Shown piece by piece: positions 1 to 10,051 of a stretch of DNA of 64,000 nucleotides (position 1 is its first letter; each line of letters opens with the position of its first letter). The DNA lies in the NCBI GenBank assembly GCA_041498295.1, contig JBGQIB010000004.1, positions 8-64,007 on the forward strand, read 5' to 3'. The position numbers were made by a program, and so were the translations under genes. The notes under the pieces are model-generated. The model was given only the letters and a program-made list of their open reading frames with translations, had not been told where the DNA came from and made no database searches. This stretch comes from a bacterium. GTDB lineage: Bacteria; Myxococcota_A; UBA9160; SZUA-336.

Positions 1-67
1 TCGCAGCGTCGAGGCGGTCCTCGCGCCGCCGAGCGCCCAAGCCAGCGCGACTCACTGAGTCAGCGAC

Positions 68-550
68 TCACTGATAGGTCGCGTAGAGTTCGACGACGAT
101 CGTCTTGTCGCCGGGCGCTTGGACGACGGCGACTCCGGCGGTGTTGAACGCGGGGTTCAGCACGTTCTCGCGGTGGTCGTGCGAGCGCATCCACTCCGTC
201 ACGATCGCCTCGACGCGGTCGCCCGACACCGTGGACGAACCGATGTTTTCCGCGAGCAAGCGAAAGCCGGAGAGCCCGGCCGCGGTCGCGCGCTGGAGCG
301 GATTCAGCCCTTCGGGGCTCTCGTGCGCCATGTATCCCCGGCGCGCCATGTCCTCGGCGTGCGCGCGAGCGATCTGCGCGAGCTGTGCGGACGCCTTGAG
401 CGGAATGAGCTGGTGCTCGGCACGCACCTGGTTCACGCGCGCGAACAGCTCCGCTTCCGGCCCCGCGAGCGCCTCGAGCGGCGCGGTCGCGAGCCAGACG
501 ACCGCGGCGAAGCCCGCGCCGAACCAGAGCCCCGCGCGGACCCCTCTCAC
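68..550 (-). CDS. Secreted CAP/SCP/PR-1 (cysteine-rich secretory protein family) domain protein. The GTG start overlaps the upstream stop in a GTGA.
   Basis: The C-terminal about 130 aa of ORF 68..1072 match the SCP/CAP domain pattern (HESPEGLNPLQRA..GENIG..). The N-terminus 'VRGVRAGLWFGAGFAAVVWLATAPLEALA' looks like a signal peptide. The upstream part of the ORF is an R-rich shadow of the lipoprotein gene. GTG at 550..548 overlaps the lipoprotein TGA at 549..547. Confidence 0.6.
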   Translation of the reverse strand: MRGVRAGLWFGAGFAAVVWLATAPLEALAGPEAELFARVNQVRAEHQLIPLKASAQLAQIARAHAEDMARRGYMAHESPEGLNPLQRATAAGLSGFRLLAENIGSSTVSGDRVEAIVTEWMRSHDHRENVLNPAFNTAGVAVVQAPGDKTIVVELYATYQ

Positions 551-1869
551 TTCGCGGCCCCGTTCTCCCACTTCTCGAAGGCCTCCGCCGAGCTCGCCTC
601 GCGACTCGTGAGCTTGCCGTTCTCGTAGTGCGAGACCACGTCGGGAGTGCCATCGAAGTCGAGGTCTTCGCGCTTCTCCACGAGCTGGCCGTCGAGGTAG
701 ATCGACACGGTGTCTGGGCGGCCGTCGCCGTTCCGATCCTCTTCCTCGCGCGCGATCTTGCCGTGCTCGTAGATCGTAATCTCGTCGCGGAAGCCGTCGC
801 CGTTCTTGTCGATCTCGGTGCGCAGCAGCTGATCGCCGTCGTAGAAGCTCCAGGTGTCGGCCTGGCCGTCGCCGTTCGAGTCGGTGCGGCGCCGAGCGAG
901 CTTGCCGTCTTCGTAGAGGCTGGTCGTCTCCATCACGCCGTCGCCGTTCAGGTCCTCGTCGCTGGAGACGAGACGCCCCTTGGCGTCGTAGTGGCGGATG
1001 CGATCGACGCGGCCGTCGAAGTCGTCGTCGAGCGCGTCGGTGACCGGCCGCCCGTTCGCGCTGTAGATCCACTCGTCGGGGCGGCCATCGCCGTTGCGGT
1101 CACTCGCCTCGGGCGTGCCGAGGTTGGGGTCCTTCGGGAGAAGCGGCCGCCCTGCGGTCGGTGCAGCCTCGACGGGCGGCGTCCCGCCGCCGCGGTGGTT
1201 GAGCGAGCGCTCCAGCGCCGCGAGCTCGTCGCCGATCGCCGCATGCGGAGCGGCGCGAGGCGCGGCGGCAGGCGCGGCCTGCGCGCGCTGCTCGAGCTCT
1301 TTGCGCAGCGCTTCGTTCTCGTGCACCAGGCGATCGCGCTCCGCGTCGTCAGCGGTGTGAACCGTCGGCAGCGGCGCGGAGGCCTTCGGCTGGGACTGTT
1401 CTCTCTTCGCTTCGTCCGTCTTCTCGGCGAGTGTCTGACCAAGGAACCAGAACGGGTATCCGAACAAGGGGCCGATCGGCAGGAATTGCTTCTTCTCGCT
1501 GCTGTTGGAGGACTCCTCGGTGGTCTGGCCGATCATCGTCATGTTCGAGCCCGCCGGGGCCGGCGCCGGGGCGCCGCTGTTCGAGCTGGAGCCTCCGCTC
1601 GTCGAGCCGTCGGGGACGCCTTGCCCTGTGGAGTTCGACGATCCGCTGGTCGTGCCCGGCGCGCTGGATCCGGCGCTGGACGACGTCGAGCCCGCTGGGC
1701 CGATTGCGCTGCCGGGCATCGCGGGTCCGGGCTCGCCCGGATACATCACGGTCGCGCCCATGCCGGTGATGATCTCGGGGCGCTGCTCCTGAGCCCCTTT
1801 CCGGTAACCGATGCCGCACGCGCACAGGAACAGTAGGGCAATCGGGAGAAATGGGAGTCTGCGCAACAT
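547..1869 (-). CDS. Lipoprotein with about 8 tandem Dx[DN]xDG calcium-binding-loop repeats (TSP3/EF-hand-like) and an Ala/Ser/Pro-rich linker
   Basis: Internal ATG at 1869 (M33 of ORF 547..1965) gives 'MLRRLPFLPIALLFLCAC', a lipobox L-C-A-C. A coiled-coil segment follows, then repeats DLNGDGVME / DSNGDGQAD / DKNGDGFRD / DRNGDGRPD / DLDFDGTPD. Confidence 0.55.
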   Translation of the reverse strand: MLRRLPFLPIALLFLCACGIGYRKGAQEQRPEIITGMGATVMYPGEPGPAMPGSAIGPAGSTSSSAGSSAPGTTSGSSNSTGQGVPDGSTSGGSSSNSGAPAPAPAGSNMTMIGQTTEESSNSSEKKQFLPIGPLFGYPFWFLGQTLAEKTDEAKREQSQPKASAPLPTVHTADDAERDRLVHENEALRKELEQRAQAAPAAAPRAAPHAAIGDELAALERSLNHRGGGTPPVEAAPTAGRPLLPKDPNLGTPEASDRNGDGRPDEWIYSANGRPVTDALDDDFDGRVDRIRHYDAKGRLVSSDEDLNGDGVMETTSLYEDGKLARRRTDSNGDGQADTWSFYDGDQLLRTEIDKNGDGFRDEITIYEHGKIAREEEDRNGDGRPDTVSIYLDGQLVEKREDLDFDGTPDVVSHYENGKLTSREASSAEAFEKWENGAAK

Positions 1870-2281
1870 GATCCGCACCTTCCGCTGCAAGTTCAGCGCC
1901 TCGAGCCGCCGGTCGGCGGAGTCCGCGGCCTTTCGGGCGTTGCTGCGCTCGAGCTGCCGACGCACTGCGCGACCGCTGTGAAAAAGTCTTCTCAGTCGGT
2001 GGAAGCGTGCGCCCGTCGGCAGCCACAGAGCCGCGTAACCGAAGGGATTTTACCACGATCTCCCGAAGTCGGGAGGTGCGCTGCGCTGCGTCAGCGGAAA
2101 GCGGAGCGCTTAACCGGGACACGGCAGCGACGTATCGCTGCCGTGCCGAGCCAGCATCCCCCGGGTGCATCACGCCCAAGGGCGCCCATCTCAGGGCCTT
2201 TGACTGCTTCTCTTGGAGGGAATGCAGCGAAAGTAGATGACGAACGCGGGTACTGCAACAGATCGTGGACGCCAGCGCCGC

Positions 2282-3220
2282 TCAAGCGGAAGTTGCGATT
2301 GCTTCGCGAAGCCATGCGCGCAGATCGTCGCTCACCTGTTCGCGATCGATCTCGTTCAGCAGCTCGTGGCGATCGCCCGGGTAGATGCGGACGTCGACGC
2401 GCTCGAGGCCGGCGGCGCGCAGCTCTTCGGCGAGCCGCGTCACGCCGGCGCGGCCCGCGACAGGGTCGACCTCGCCCGCCATGAGATACAGCGGAAGCGC
2501 GTGCGGAATTCGCGCGAGCAGCGCGCGCCGATAAATGCGGCCGAGCGCAGCCGCGAGGTCCGTGAAGCCGCCCGCCGTGAGCACGAAGCCGCAGAGCGGG
2601 TCGGCAACGTAGCGCGCAACCTCGGCTCGATCGCGCGAGAGCCAGTCAAACGGCGTCTCCGCGGGCTCGAACGCCGTATTGAAGCGGCCGAACAGCGCCC
2701 ATCGAAGCAGCGCGCTGTGGCCGCGCGCGCCGAGCCGAAGGCGCTCCGCGTTCGCGACGGCGCGCAACACCCAGCCGAGCGGACCGGCGCTCGGCGCCGA
2801 GCCCGACAGCACGGCGGCGCGCAGGCCATCACCAAACTGTGTCAGGCAGTCGAGCGCGATGAACGATCCCATGCTGTGTCCGAAGAGTACGTGCGGACGG
2901 CCCGGGTGACTCGCCGAGATGCGCGCGGACAGGCTCTGCACGTCCGCGACGATCTTCTGCCAGCCATCTCGATCGGCGAAGTGACCGAGCTCGGCGTGGC
3001 TCTCCGCGCTGAGACCGTGACCGCGGCAGTCCGCCGCATACACGGCGAACCCGTCGGCGCAGAGATCGCGCGCGAGCCGCTCGTAGCGCGCGCCGTGCTC
3101 GCCCATGCCGTGCAGGATCTGAAGCACGCCGCGCACGTCGCTCGGGGAGTCGGGTGCGAAGTGGTGGACGTAGAGTTCGACACCATCGTCGGCGCGCAGT
3201 CGAAATGGCGCCGACTTCAC
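2282..3220 (-). CDS. Alpha/beta hydrolase, lysophospholipase / monoacylglycerol-lipase family
   Basis: 312 aa with HG oxyanion motif 'LHGMGEH', nucleophile elbow 'GHSMG' and an acid/His pair near the C-terminus. The overall pattern matches PldB-like lysophospholipases. Confidence 0.75.
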   Translation of the reverse strand: MKSAPFRLRADDGVELYVHHFAPDSPSDVRGVLQILHGMGEHGARYERLARDLCADGFAVYAADCRGHGLSAESHAELGHFADRDGWQKIVADVQSLSARISASHPGRPHVLFGHSMGSFIALDCLTQFGDGLRAAVLSGSAPSAGPLGWVLRAVANAERLRLGARGHSALLRWALFGRFNTAFEPAETPFDWLSRDRAEVARYVADPLCGFVLTAGGFTDLAAALGRIYRRALLARIPHALPLYLMAGEVDPVAGRAGVTRLAEELRAAGLERVDVRIYPGDRHELLNEIDREQVSDDLRAWLREAIATSA

Positions 3221-4131
3221 CGCGCCGCGTCCGCCCAGTCGCGCGGCCGGAGATACTCGTCGACGAGGCGCGCCTCGGGGCTTCCCGGCTCAGCCACGAA
3301 GTCGTAGCGCCAGGCGGCGAGCGGCGGCATCGAGGCGAGCACCGACTCGATGCGCCGCCCCGACTGCAGGCCGTAGCGCGTGCCGCGATCGTAGACGAGG
3401 TTGAACTCCACGTAGCGCCCGCGCCGGTACAGTTGGAACGCGCGCTCGCGCTCGCCGTGCGCGGTGTGCTTGCGGCGCTCGACGATCGGAAGGTACGCGC
3501 GCAGGTAGTGATCGCCGATGCTGCGCACGAGCGCGAACGCGGCCTCGAACCCGCCCTCCGCGAAGTCGTCGAAGAAAAGTCCGCCGACGCCGCGGGCCTC
3601 GCCGCGATGGGGCAAGAAGAAATACTCGTCGCACGCCTTCTTGAAGCGCGCGTACAAGCCGTCACCGAACGGTGTACAGGCGGCGCGCGCCTCGCGGTGC
3701 CAGTGCACGCAGTCCTCGTCGAAGCCGTAGTAGGGCGTCAGGTCGAAGCCGCCGCCGAACCACCAGGTCGGAACGTCGCTCTCCGCGCGGAAGAAGCGCA
3801 GGTTCGCGTGCGAGGTGGGGACGTATGGATTGCGCGGGTGCACGATCAGCGAGAGAGACACGGCCTCGAAGCGCTTGCCCGCGAGCTCCGGTCGCCGCGT
3901 CGTGGCGGCGGGCGGGAGCGCGGCCCCGTGGGCGTGCGAGAACAGAACCGCCGCGCGCTCGAAGACCGCGCCGCCGGAGAGCACGCGCGGCCGCGCCTCC
4001 ACGCCGTCGGCGCCCTCGGTCGTGCGCAGGTCGAAGCGCGCGCCGCCCTCCGCGGACTCGAGCGCGCCGCAGATCCGCTCTTGGAGCGACGAGAGGTACG
4101 TGCTGACTGCCGCGCTCGCGTTCTCCGACAT
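3217..4131 (-). CDS. hemF: Oxygen-dependent coproporphyrinogen III oxidase
   Basis: Strong family signature from '[21 protein letters not shown]...' through '[13 protein letters not shown]...[35 protein letters not shown]'. ATG at 4131 (M39 of ORF 3217..4245). The 4-bp overlap with the hydrolase start suggests an operon. Confidence 0.85.
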   Translation of the reverse strand: MSENASAAVSTYLSSLQERICGALESAEGGARFDLRTTEGADGVEARPRVLSGGAVFERAAVLFSHAHGAALPPAATTRRPELAGKRFEAVSLSLIVHPRNPYVPTSHANLRFFRAESDVPTWWFGGGFDLTPYYGFDEDCVHWHREARAACTPFGDGLYARFKKACDEYFFLPHRGEARGVGGLFFDDFAEGGFEAAFALVRSIGDHYLRAYLPIVERRKHTAHGERERAFQLYRRGRYVEFNLVYDRGTRYGLQSGRRIESVLASMPPLAAWRYDFVAEPGSPEARLVDEYLRPRDWADAAR

Positions 4132-4166
4132 GCACCCCTCCAAAAGGCTCGAGCGCCAAAGATGGA

Positions 4167-4925
4167 TTGCGAGGCCCGACCCGTCCAGCCAGAATCGTCG
4201 GGATGCTCGCTGAGCTCGTCGTCGCCGCGCGCTTCTGCGGGCCACCGGGAATTGCGAACGGTGGCTATGTCGCCGGGTTGCTCGCGCGCGGCATCGGCGG
4301 CTCCGTAGAAGTCACCCTGCGCGCGCCGACGCCGCTCGACACGCAGCTGAAGATCGAGGCGAGCGCGGACGGCTCCCGCTCGCTGCAGCTCGCGGGGACC
4401 GAGCTCGCGCGCGCCGCGCCGGCCAGCTTCGACCTCGAGCTGCGCGCGCCGCCCGATCCGCGCGAGACCGCGGCGCACGCGGGCGGTTGCCGAGCGATGC
4501 GCACGCATCCCTTCCCCGAGTGCTTCGTGTGCGGCCCCGCGCGCGCCGAAGGCGACGGGCTGCGCGTGTTCCCGGGCGTCGTGTCGGGCAGCGATGCGGT
4601 CGCGGCGCTGTGGACGCCGGACGCCTCGCTCTGCGATGCGAGCGGCTGCGTCGCGCCGGAGTTTCTGTGGGCCGTGCTCGACTGCCCGACGGCGTTTCCG
4701 CTGCTGGAGTCGGAGGCGTCTCGGGCGCTCGAGCCGATGGTGCTCGCGAAGCTCTGCGTCGCGCTCGACGGCGAGCTGCGCGCGGGCGATGCCGCGTGCG
4801 TCGTCGCGTGGCCGATCGCGCAGGAGGGGAAACGCGGCACGGCGGGCGCCGCGATCTTCACCGGATCGGGTCGGGTCGTCGGTCGCGCGCGCGCGACCTG
4901 GGTGTCACTCGCGGGTCGCCGTTAA
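4167..4925 (+). CDS. Hotdog-fold thioesterase-like protein. The start is uncertain; M13 at 4203 is an alternative.
   Basis: '[14 protein letters not shown]' and the length/pattern resemble PaaI/DUF4442-type hotdog proteins. This is only weak recognition. Confidence 0.4.
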   Translation: MRGPTRPARIVGMLAELVVAARFCGPPGIANGGYVAGLLARGIGGSVEVTLRAPTPLDTQLKIEASADGSRSLQLAGTELARAAPASFDLELRAPPDPRETAAHAGGCRAMRTHPFPECFVCGPARAEGDGLRVFPGVVSGSDAVAALWTPDASLCDASGCVAPEFLWAVLDCPTAFPLLESEASRALEPMVLAKLCVALDGELRAGDAACVVAWPIAQEGKRGTAGAAIFTGSGRVVGRARATWVSLAGRR

Positions 4926-5353
4926 CCGGCGACGCGCCAGCCTTCTTCGACCAATTCCTGGCGCGTCGAGCGCACCGAGAGTGGGCGCGCGACACCGCGC
5001 TCGCCATTCAGGCGAGTCAGTAGCTGGCGGGCGAGCAGCTCGGCTGCAGAGCGATCGCGCACGAGCGGACTGAAGAACGCGTACGCGCTGTGCTGGCCGA
5101 CCAAGGTCGTATCTTCCGCGCGCACCGAGTCGGTGTAGGTCCGCGTCGTGGCGTCGAACCCGAAGTACACGCGCACTTCGTTGTAGATCTTCGAGGCGCC
5201 GAGGCCCGTGCCGTACTCCGGGTCGATCGCAGTCGGGCGACCGCAGCCCGGGCAGGCAAAGTCGAGAGAGATGGGAACGAGCGGCACGAGTTTCTCGCGC
5301 TCGCGGCAGTCGCGGGTGCGGCAGTGCGCCGCCCCGCGTCGAATCTTGATCAT
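4922..5353 (-). CDS. Hypothetical Cys-containing small protein (C-x2-C...C-x2-C)
   Basis: 143-aa ORF convergent with the previous gene, sharing the palindromic TTAA stop. I recognise no domain. Codon usage is GC3-rich like its neighbours. Confidence 0.3.
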   Translation of the reverse strand: MIKIRRGAAHCRTRDCREREKLVPLVPISLDFACPGCGRPTAIDPEYGTGLGASKIYNEVRVYFGFDATTRTYTDSVRAEDTTLVGQHSAYAFFSPLVRDRSAAELLARQLLTRLNGERGVARPLSVRSTRQELVEEGWRVAG

Positions 5354-5572
5354 GACGAGCCCTCCGTAGGATGCGATCGGTCACATCCAAAATCCGTGCC
5401 AGTGAAGCGGCGGGCGCCGATGCGCCGCGACGAGCGCCGGGGGCGCTTTCTCCCGTCCGTTCCTCAAAATGAGAAGCGCGCGTCTCTGCGCGAAAAAATC
5501 TCGACGTGTGCCCTAGACTGAGTGACCCTGCGCGGGCTGTTACCGCGCAAGGAACGGGAGTACAGGGAAGGG

Positions 5573-6655
5573 ATGCCGACACTTCGACTCGCGGTCGCTG
5601 GAGTGGGGAACTGCGCCAGCGCGCTCTTGCAGGGACTCGAGTACTACCGGACGCACGATCTCGCGCACACGAGCGGCCTCTTACATGCGCAGATCGGCGG
5701 CTATCGGCTCGAGGATCTGCGCGTGGTCGCGGCGTTCGACGTCGACGAGCGCAAGGTCGGGAGACCGCTCGAGGAGGCGGCCTTCGCGGCGCCGAACTGC
5801 ACGAAGCGCTTCGCCGAGAAACTGCCCGCGTCGGGAGTCACCGTTCAGATGGGCCCGGTGCTCGACGGGGTCGCGGAGCACATGGCGCGCTATCCCGCGG
5901 AGCGCGCGTTCCGCGTCGCGCACGCCGCACCCATAGACGTCACGCAGGCGCTGCGCGAGAGCGGCGCCGAGGTGCTCGTCTGCTATTTGCCGGTCGGCTC
6001 GGAGCGCGCGGTTCGCCACTACGCCGAAGCCTGCCTCGCCGCGCGCGTCGCGCTGGTGAACTGCGTGCCCGTGTTACTCGCCTCCGACCCCGCGTGGGCC
6101 GAGCGCTTCCGCGCGGCAGGGCTCCCGATCGTCGGCGACGACATCAAGAGCCAGGTCGGTGCGACGATCGTGCACCGGACGTTGGCGCGCCTGCTATCCG
6201 ACCGGGGGGTCACCCTCGACGCCACGTATCAGCTCAATACGGGCGGCAACACCGACTTCCTCAACATGCTCGAGCACGAGAGACTCGCGAGCAAGCGCGT
6301 GTCGAAGACGGAGTCGGTGCAGTCACAACTGGACGAGAGACTCGCGCCCGAGAACATCCACATCGGCCCCTCCGACTACGTCGCATGGCAGAAGGACAAC
6401 AAGGTCTGCTTCGTGCGCATGGAGTGGCGCGGCTTCGGCGACGTGCCGATGAACCTCGAGCTACGCCTCTCCGTCGAGGATTCGCCGAACAGCGCCGGGG
6501 TCGCGATCGACGCGATCCGCTGCGCAAAGGTCGCGCTGGAGCGCGGCGAAGCCGGTCCGCTCGAGGCGATCTCCGCGTTCGCGATGAAGCGCCCTCCGAA
6601 GCAGATGCGCGACGTCGACGCGGCGCGCGCTCTCGACGCCTGGATCAGCGCTTAG
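5573..6655 (+). CDS. ino1: myo-Inositol-1-phosphate (inositol-3-phosphate) synthase
   Basis: Rossmann 'RLAVAGVGNCASALLQG', 'CYLPVGSE', 'NCVP' and 'LNTGGNTDFLNMLE', ending in the conserved C-terminal MIPS block. Start chosen at M18 (MPTLRLAV) of ORF 5522..6655. Confidence 0.8.
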   Translation: MPTLRLAVAGVGNCASALLQGLEYYRTHDLAHTSGLLHAQIGGYRLEDLRVVAAFDVDERKVGRPLEEAAFAAPNCTKRFAEKLPASGVTVQMGPVLDGVAEHMARYPAERAFRVAHAAPIDVTQALRESGAEVLVCYLPVGSERAVRHYAEACLAARVALVNCVPVLLASDPAWAERFRAAGLPIVGDDIKSQVGATIVHRTLARLLSDRGVTLDATYQLNTGGNTDFLNMLEHERLASKRVSKTESVQSQLDERLAPENIHIGPSDYVAWQKDNKVCFVRMEWRGFGDVPMNLELRLSVEDSPNSAGVAIDAIRCAKVALERGEAGPLEAISAFAMKRPPKQMRDVDAARALDAWISA

Positions 6656-7193
6656 CGGCGGACAGGTGCAGCGGCTCGCGCATCGCCTTGTGGAACTTCT
6701 GACTCTTCGGCGACACGGGCTCGGGTGACTTCGCGGTGAGCAGCTCGCGCGCCTTGCGCCGATCGGCCGCATCGAACTCCGCCGTCGTCGTGCAGAACTC
6801 GACGAGCGTTCCATTCGGGTCGGTCGTGTAGATCGAAGTGCACCAGTGGTGGTCGATCTCCATCACGTCGTAGCCGTTCTCGAGCCAGCGCTGCCTGCGC
6901 ACTTCGATGTCGGCGAGATCGCGCGCGGCGAACGCGATGTGATTCACCCAGATCGGCAGCCCGACGCCTTCGGAGAGAGCGGTCGGGTAGTCGTTCCCGA
7001 TCGCGTCGTCGTGCAGCTCCCAGAACGCGATCATCCCGTCGCTGCCGGTGTCGTAGAAGAGATGCTTCGCCCAGCCGCCGGCCGGGGTCGCGCCCACCTC
7101 GACCTTCGCCAGCGTGAAGCCCATCACTCGCTCGTAGAACACGTCGTTCGCGACCGCGTCCTTCGTCGCCACAGCCAGATGATGGAAGCCCAT
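6645..7193 (-). CDS. VOC (glyoxalase/bleomycin-resistance/dioxygenase) family protein
   Basis: C-terminal 182 aa of ORF 6645..7727 starting 'MGFHHLAVATKD...' with a second 'VNHIAFAARD' half-domain. The upstream part of the ORF is an R-rich shadow. ATG at 7193. Confidence 0.65.
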   Translation of the reverse strand: MGFHHLAVATKDAVANDVFYERVMGFTLAKVEVGATPAGGWAKHLFYDTGSDGMIAFWELHDDAIGNDYPTALSEGVGLPIWVNHIAFAARDLADIEVRRQRWLENGYDVMEIDHHWCTSIYTTDPNGTLVEFCTTTAEFDAADRRKARELLTAKSPEPVSPKSQKFHKAMREPLHLSAAKR

Positions 7194-7236
7194 CGCGATC
7201 CCTCCCAAGCGTACGCGCAGTATATCCCGCCGCGCT

Positions 7237-8733
7237 TCAGGGCTCGACTTCGACACGGCGAGCGCGGATGCGCCAACACAGATTGGTGCAGCGCGCGGCC
7301 AGTCGCGCGTCGTGGGTCGCGAGCACGAGCGCACCGGGGTACTCCGCGAGCGCCTCCTCGAGCCGCTCGATCGACGGCAGATCGAGGTGATTCGTCGGCT
7401 CGTCGAGCACGAGCAGCCACGCGCGCTTCGCCAGGCCGAGCGCGAGCGCGAGCTTGCGCGCCTCGCCGGGTGACGGGCGCCGCGACTCGAGCAGCCGCCG
7501 AGGCTCGACGCCGAGCGCGGCGACCAGCGCGAAGAGACGCCCGCGCGTGTCCGAGTCGAGCGTCCGCGCCGCGTCGAGGAGCGCCAGCTCCTCGTCGGCG
7601 CCGAGCTCCTGCGGCAGCACGAGCAGACGCTCGCTCGGCACGCGCGCGCCGCGCAGTAGCGCGCGCAGCAAGGTCGTCTTGCCTGCGCCGTTCGGACCCG
7701 CGAGCCAGACGCGCGAGGCACGGCCAAGCGCGAGGTCGACTTCCTCGAGCACGAGGCGGGCGCCGGCGCAGATGCGCCGCTCCTGAACCAGCGCCAGGGT
7801 GGGGACGCGCGCCGGCTCCCAGTCGACGAAGAGGGCGCTGCCGACTTCCTTCGCGAGCTCCAGCTCCGACAATTCCGTGTGTAGGCGGTCGAGCGCGGTG
7901 TGAGTGCGCGCGATTTCGTGCCCGAGCTGCGTCACGGCGGAGCGCCGGCGCGTCTGCTTGAAGCGTCCGCGCGCGTCGCTGTCGTGGATGTTCTTCATGC
8001 GTTTGCTCGTGCGCATGCGCGCCCCGGCGTGCGCCTGCTCGGTACGGCGCTCGCCGATGCGCCGTTCGAGCGCGCGCGCGGCGTCTCGCAAGTTCGCGTG
8101 TCGCTCGCGCAGCTCCGCGTCCGCGCGTCGCCAGGTCTCGCGCGCGGCCGCGTACGCGCCGCGATAGGCCCGCGCGGATTCCCCCGCGACGCGCACTGTC
8201 TCGGCGCAGAGTGAGTCGAGCAGCTCGCGATCGTGCGAGACCAGAATTCCGATGCCCTCGAAGCGGCGCAGCGCCGCGACCAAGAGCGCGCGCGCCTCGT
8301 GGTCGAGGTGGTTCGTCGGCTCGTCTAGGACCAGAGCGCGCGGCGCGCTCGCGAGCGCCGCGCCGATCTGCCAGCGCTTCCGCTCGCCGGGCGAGAGCGT
8401 CGGCCAGCGCGCGAGCTCCTCGGGCACGAGCGCGAGCACCTCGCGCGTGCGCCGTGCGACACCGTCCTGTGTCGTCGCGAACGCCGCGATCTCCGTACCG
8501 AGCGCCTCGATCCGCTGCGGCACGAGCTGGAGCGCGAGCCAGCGCGGCTCGTGCACGACGCGCCCTGACTCGGGCTCGAGCTCGCGGGTCGCCAGCCGAA
8601 GCAAAGTCGTCTTGCCCGAGCCGTTCGCCCCGACGACGCCGGTCCAGCCGGGACCGAAGCGCAGCGACACGTCGCACAAGAGCGGCACGGAGTCACGAAA
8701 CGAAAACGAGACGCGGTCGAAGGATACGTACAT
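7237..8733 (-). CDS. ABC-F family ATPase with two ABC domains and no transmembrane domain
   Basis: Two Walker A motifs (GANGSGKTT, GPNGAGKTT), two signature motifs (LSPGERKR, PSPGEARK), two Walker B/H-loops and an inter-domain linker. Confidence 0.85.
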   Translation of the reverse strand: MYVSFDRVSFSFRDSVPLLCDVSLRFGPGWTGVVGANGSGKTTLLRLATRELEPESGRVVHEPRWLALQLVPQRIEALGTEIAAFATTQDGVARRTREVLALVPEELARWPTLSPGERKRWQIGAALASAPRALVLDEPTNHLDHEARALLVAALRRFEGIGILVSHDRELLDSLCAETVRVAGESARAYRGAYAAARETWRRADAELRERHANLRDAARALERRIGERRTEQAHAGARMRTSKRMKNIHDSDARGRFKQTRRRSAVTQLGHEIARTHTALDRLHTELSELELAKEVGSALFVDWEPARVPTLALVQERRICAGARLVLEEVDLALGRASRVWLAGPNGAGKTTLLRALLRGARVPSERLLVLPQELGADEELALLDAARTLDSDTRGRLFALVAALGVEPRRLLESRRPSPGEARKLALALGLAKRAWLLVLDEPTNHLDLPSIERLEEALAEYPGALVLATHDARLAARCTNLCWRIRARRVEVEP

Positions 8734-8893
8734 GGAGCGAGCCTCGGGTCCCGCCGCGCGCGGGCGACGTGCGCCCGGCGACGGGGCCGGAAAGGGTTCG
8801 AGTCGAACGACTCAAGACCTCGGCTCTCAGCTCTTCAACGGATCCTCTCCTCGGAACGGATGGCCGGCACGCTACCGAGCGACCCGGCGCGCG

Positions 8894-9247
8894 TCAATGC
8901 GCGGGCTTGTCGACCTCGATCTTCAGGCGTCGCTCGAGCTCGAGATCGTCGCTCGGGCCGGGCGACAGCCTCCTCACCACGTCCGCGGGCGTGAGAAAGT
9001 CGATGCCATCGTTCGCTGCGTGCTTCTCGAGCACGACCAACTCGGGCTTGTAGCCCTGGCGCTTCAGGTAAACCGTGTGGTCCTTGTCGCGCCCGATCTC
9101 GAGCTTCGCGGGAGTTTGTCCCGCGAGCTTTCCGTCGAGGTAGATCTGCGCGCCCGGCGGATCGCTCTCTACGCCGACGTTCTGATACGCCGCGCATGCG
9201 AGACCCCCGGACGCGAGCACGAGAGACGCGAGAAGCTTCGCCTTCAC
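8894..9247 (-). CDS. PEGA-domain lipoprotein
   Basis: GTG at 9247 gives 'VKAKLLASLVLASGGLAC', a signal peptide with lipobox. 'PPGAQIYLDGKLAGQTP' is the PEGA motif. The rest of ORF 8894..10048 is antisense shadow of efp. Confidence 0.5.
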   Translation of the reverse strand: MKAKLLASLVLASGGLACAAYQNVGVESDPPGAQIYLDGKLAGQTPAKLEIGRDKDHTVYLKRQGYKPELVVLEKHAANDGIDFLTPADVVRRLSPGPSDDLELERRLKIEVDKPAH

Positions 9248-9295
9248 GCGCGGCAGTTTACAGCTCCCGTGCCGGCGGGCTAAGGTCGGCACCCC

Positions 9296-9844
9296 TTGGC
9301 ACTGATCGACACCACGCAAATGCGGCAGGGAACCTTCGTCGAGATCAGCGGTGACCCCCACGTGATCGTCACGTATCAGCACGTGAAACCCGGCAAGGGC
9401 AGCGCATTCGTGCGCATGCGCTTGAAGAGCTTGACCACGGGAGCGGTGCTCGACAAGACGATCAAGAGCGGTGAGACCTTGCCCGCCGCCGAGATCGCCA
9501 AGCGCCAGATGCAGTATCTCTACGATTCCGGTGACAGCCTCGTGCTCATGGACCAGGAAAATTACGAACAGCTCGAGGTTCCGCGCGCGAACATCGAGAA
9601 CGTCGATCTCATGACCGAGAACTGCCTGGTCGAGGTGCTGCTGCACGCCGAGCGACCGATCATGGTGGAGCTGCCGAACTTCGTGATCCTCGAAGTCGCC
9701 CAGACCGATCCTCCGGATCGCCAGGGCAAGATGAAGGCGGCGACACTCTCGACCGGCGCGGTCGTGCAGGTACCTGCCTTCATCTCGCGCGGCGAGAAGC
9801 TGAAGATCGACACGCGCGAGCGGAAGTACGTCGAGCGCGCCTGA
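9296..9844 (+). CDS. efp: Translation elongation factor P
   Basis: Collinear with E. coli EF-P: 'VKPGKGSAFVRMRLKSL' contains the modified-Lys loop, and 'ATLSTGAVVQVPAFI' matches. The TTG start is as called by the track; ATG at 9320 is an alternative. Confidence 0.85.
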   Translation: MALIDTTQMRQGTFVEISGDPHVIVTYQHVKPGKGSAFVRMRLKSLTTGAVLDKTIKSGETLPAAEIAKRQMQYLYDSGDSLVLMDQENYEQLEVPRANIENVDLMTENCLVEVLLHAERPIMVELPNFVILEVAQTDPPDRQGKMKAATLSTGAVVQVPAFISRGEKLKIDTRERKYVERA

Positions 9845-10051
9845 GCTAGCTCGGCAGGGCGTCGAAGACGACGCGCAGCTCCGGCGGTGAGCGGAAGCCT
9901 CGCGGAGCCGCGCGAAGAGCTCGTGCAGTGACTGGGACGCCGCCAGACCGCGCGCCGGCGGTGGAGCGGGCCCTCCCCCCGCCACACTGCGTAGCGGGGT
10001 ACGGATCGCCCTACTGCGAGCGCATGTCGAACGTCGTCGACGGGGCATCGC

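Noticed and set aside
60-4508. Numerous long ORFs with Arg/Ala/Pro-rich translations (60..653, 105..611, 628..1836, 2237..3307, 2829..3665, 3154..4308, 3846..4508 and similar)
   Set aside because: At 70% GC, stop codons are rare in the wrong frames. These ORFs lie opposite or offset to genes with recognisable domains, and their translations are low-complexity.
8770-8830. tRNA-like 'GGGTTCGAGTCGAAC' T-loop-like sequence
   Set aside because: I could not fold a cloverleaf (acceptor/anticodon stems) around it. I detected no tRNA or rRNA in the window.
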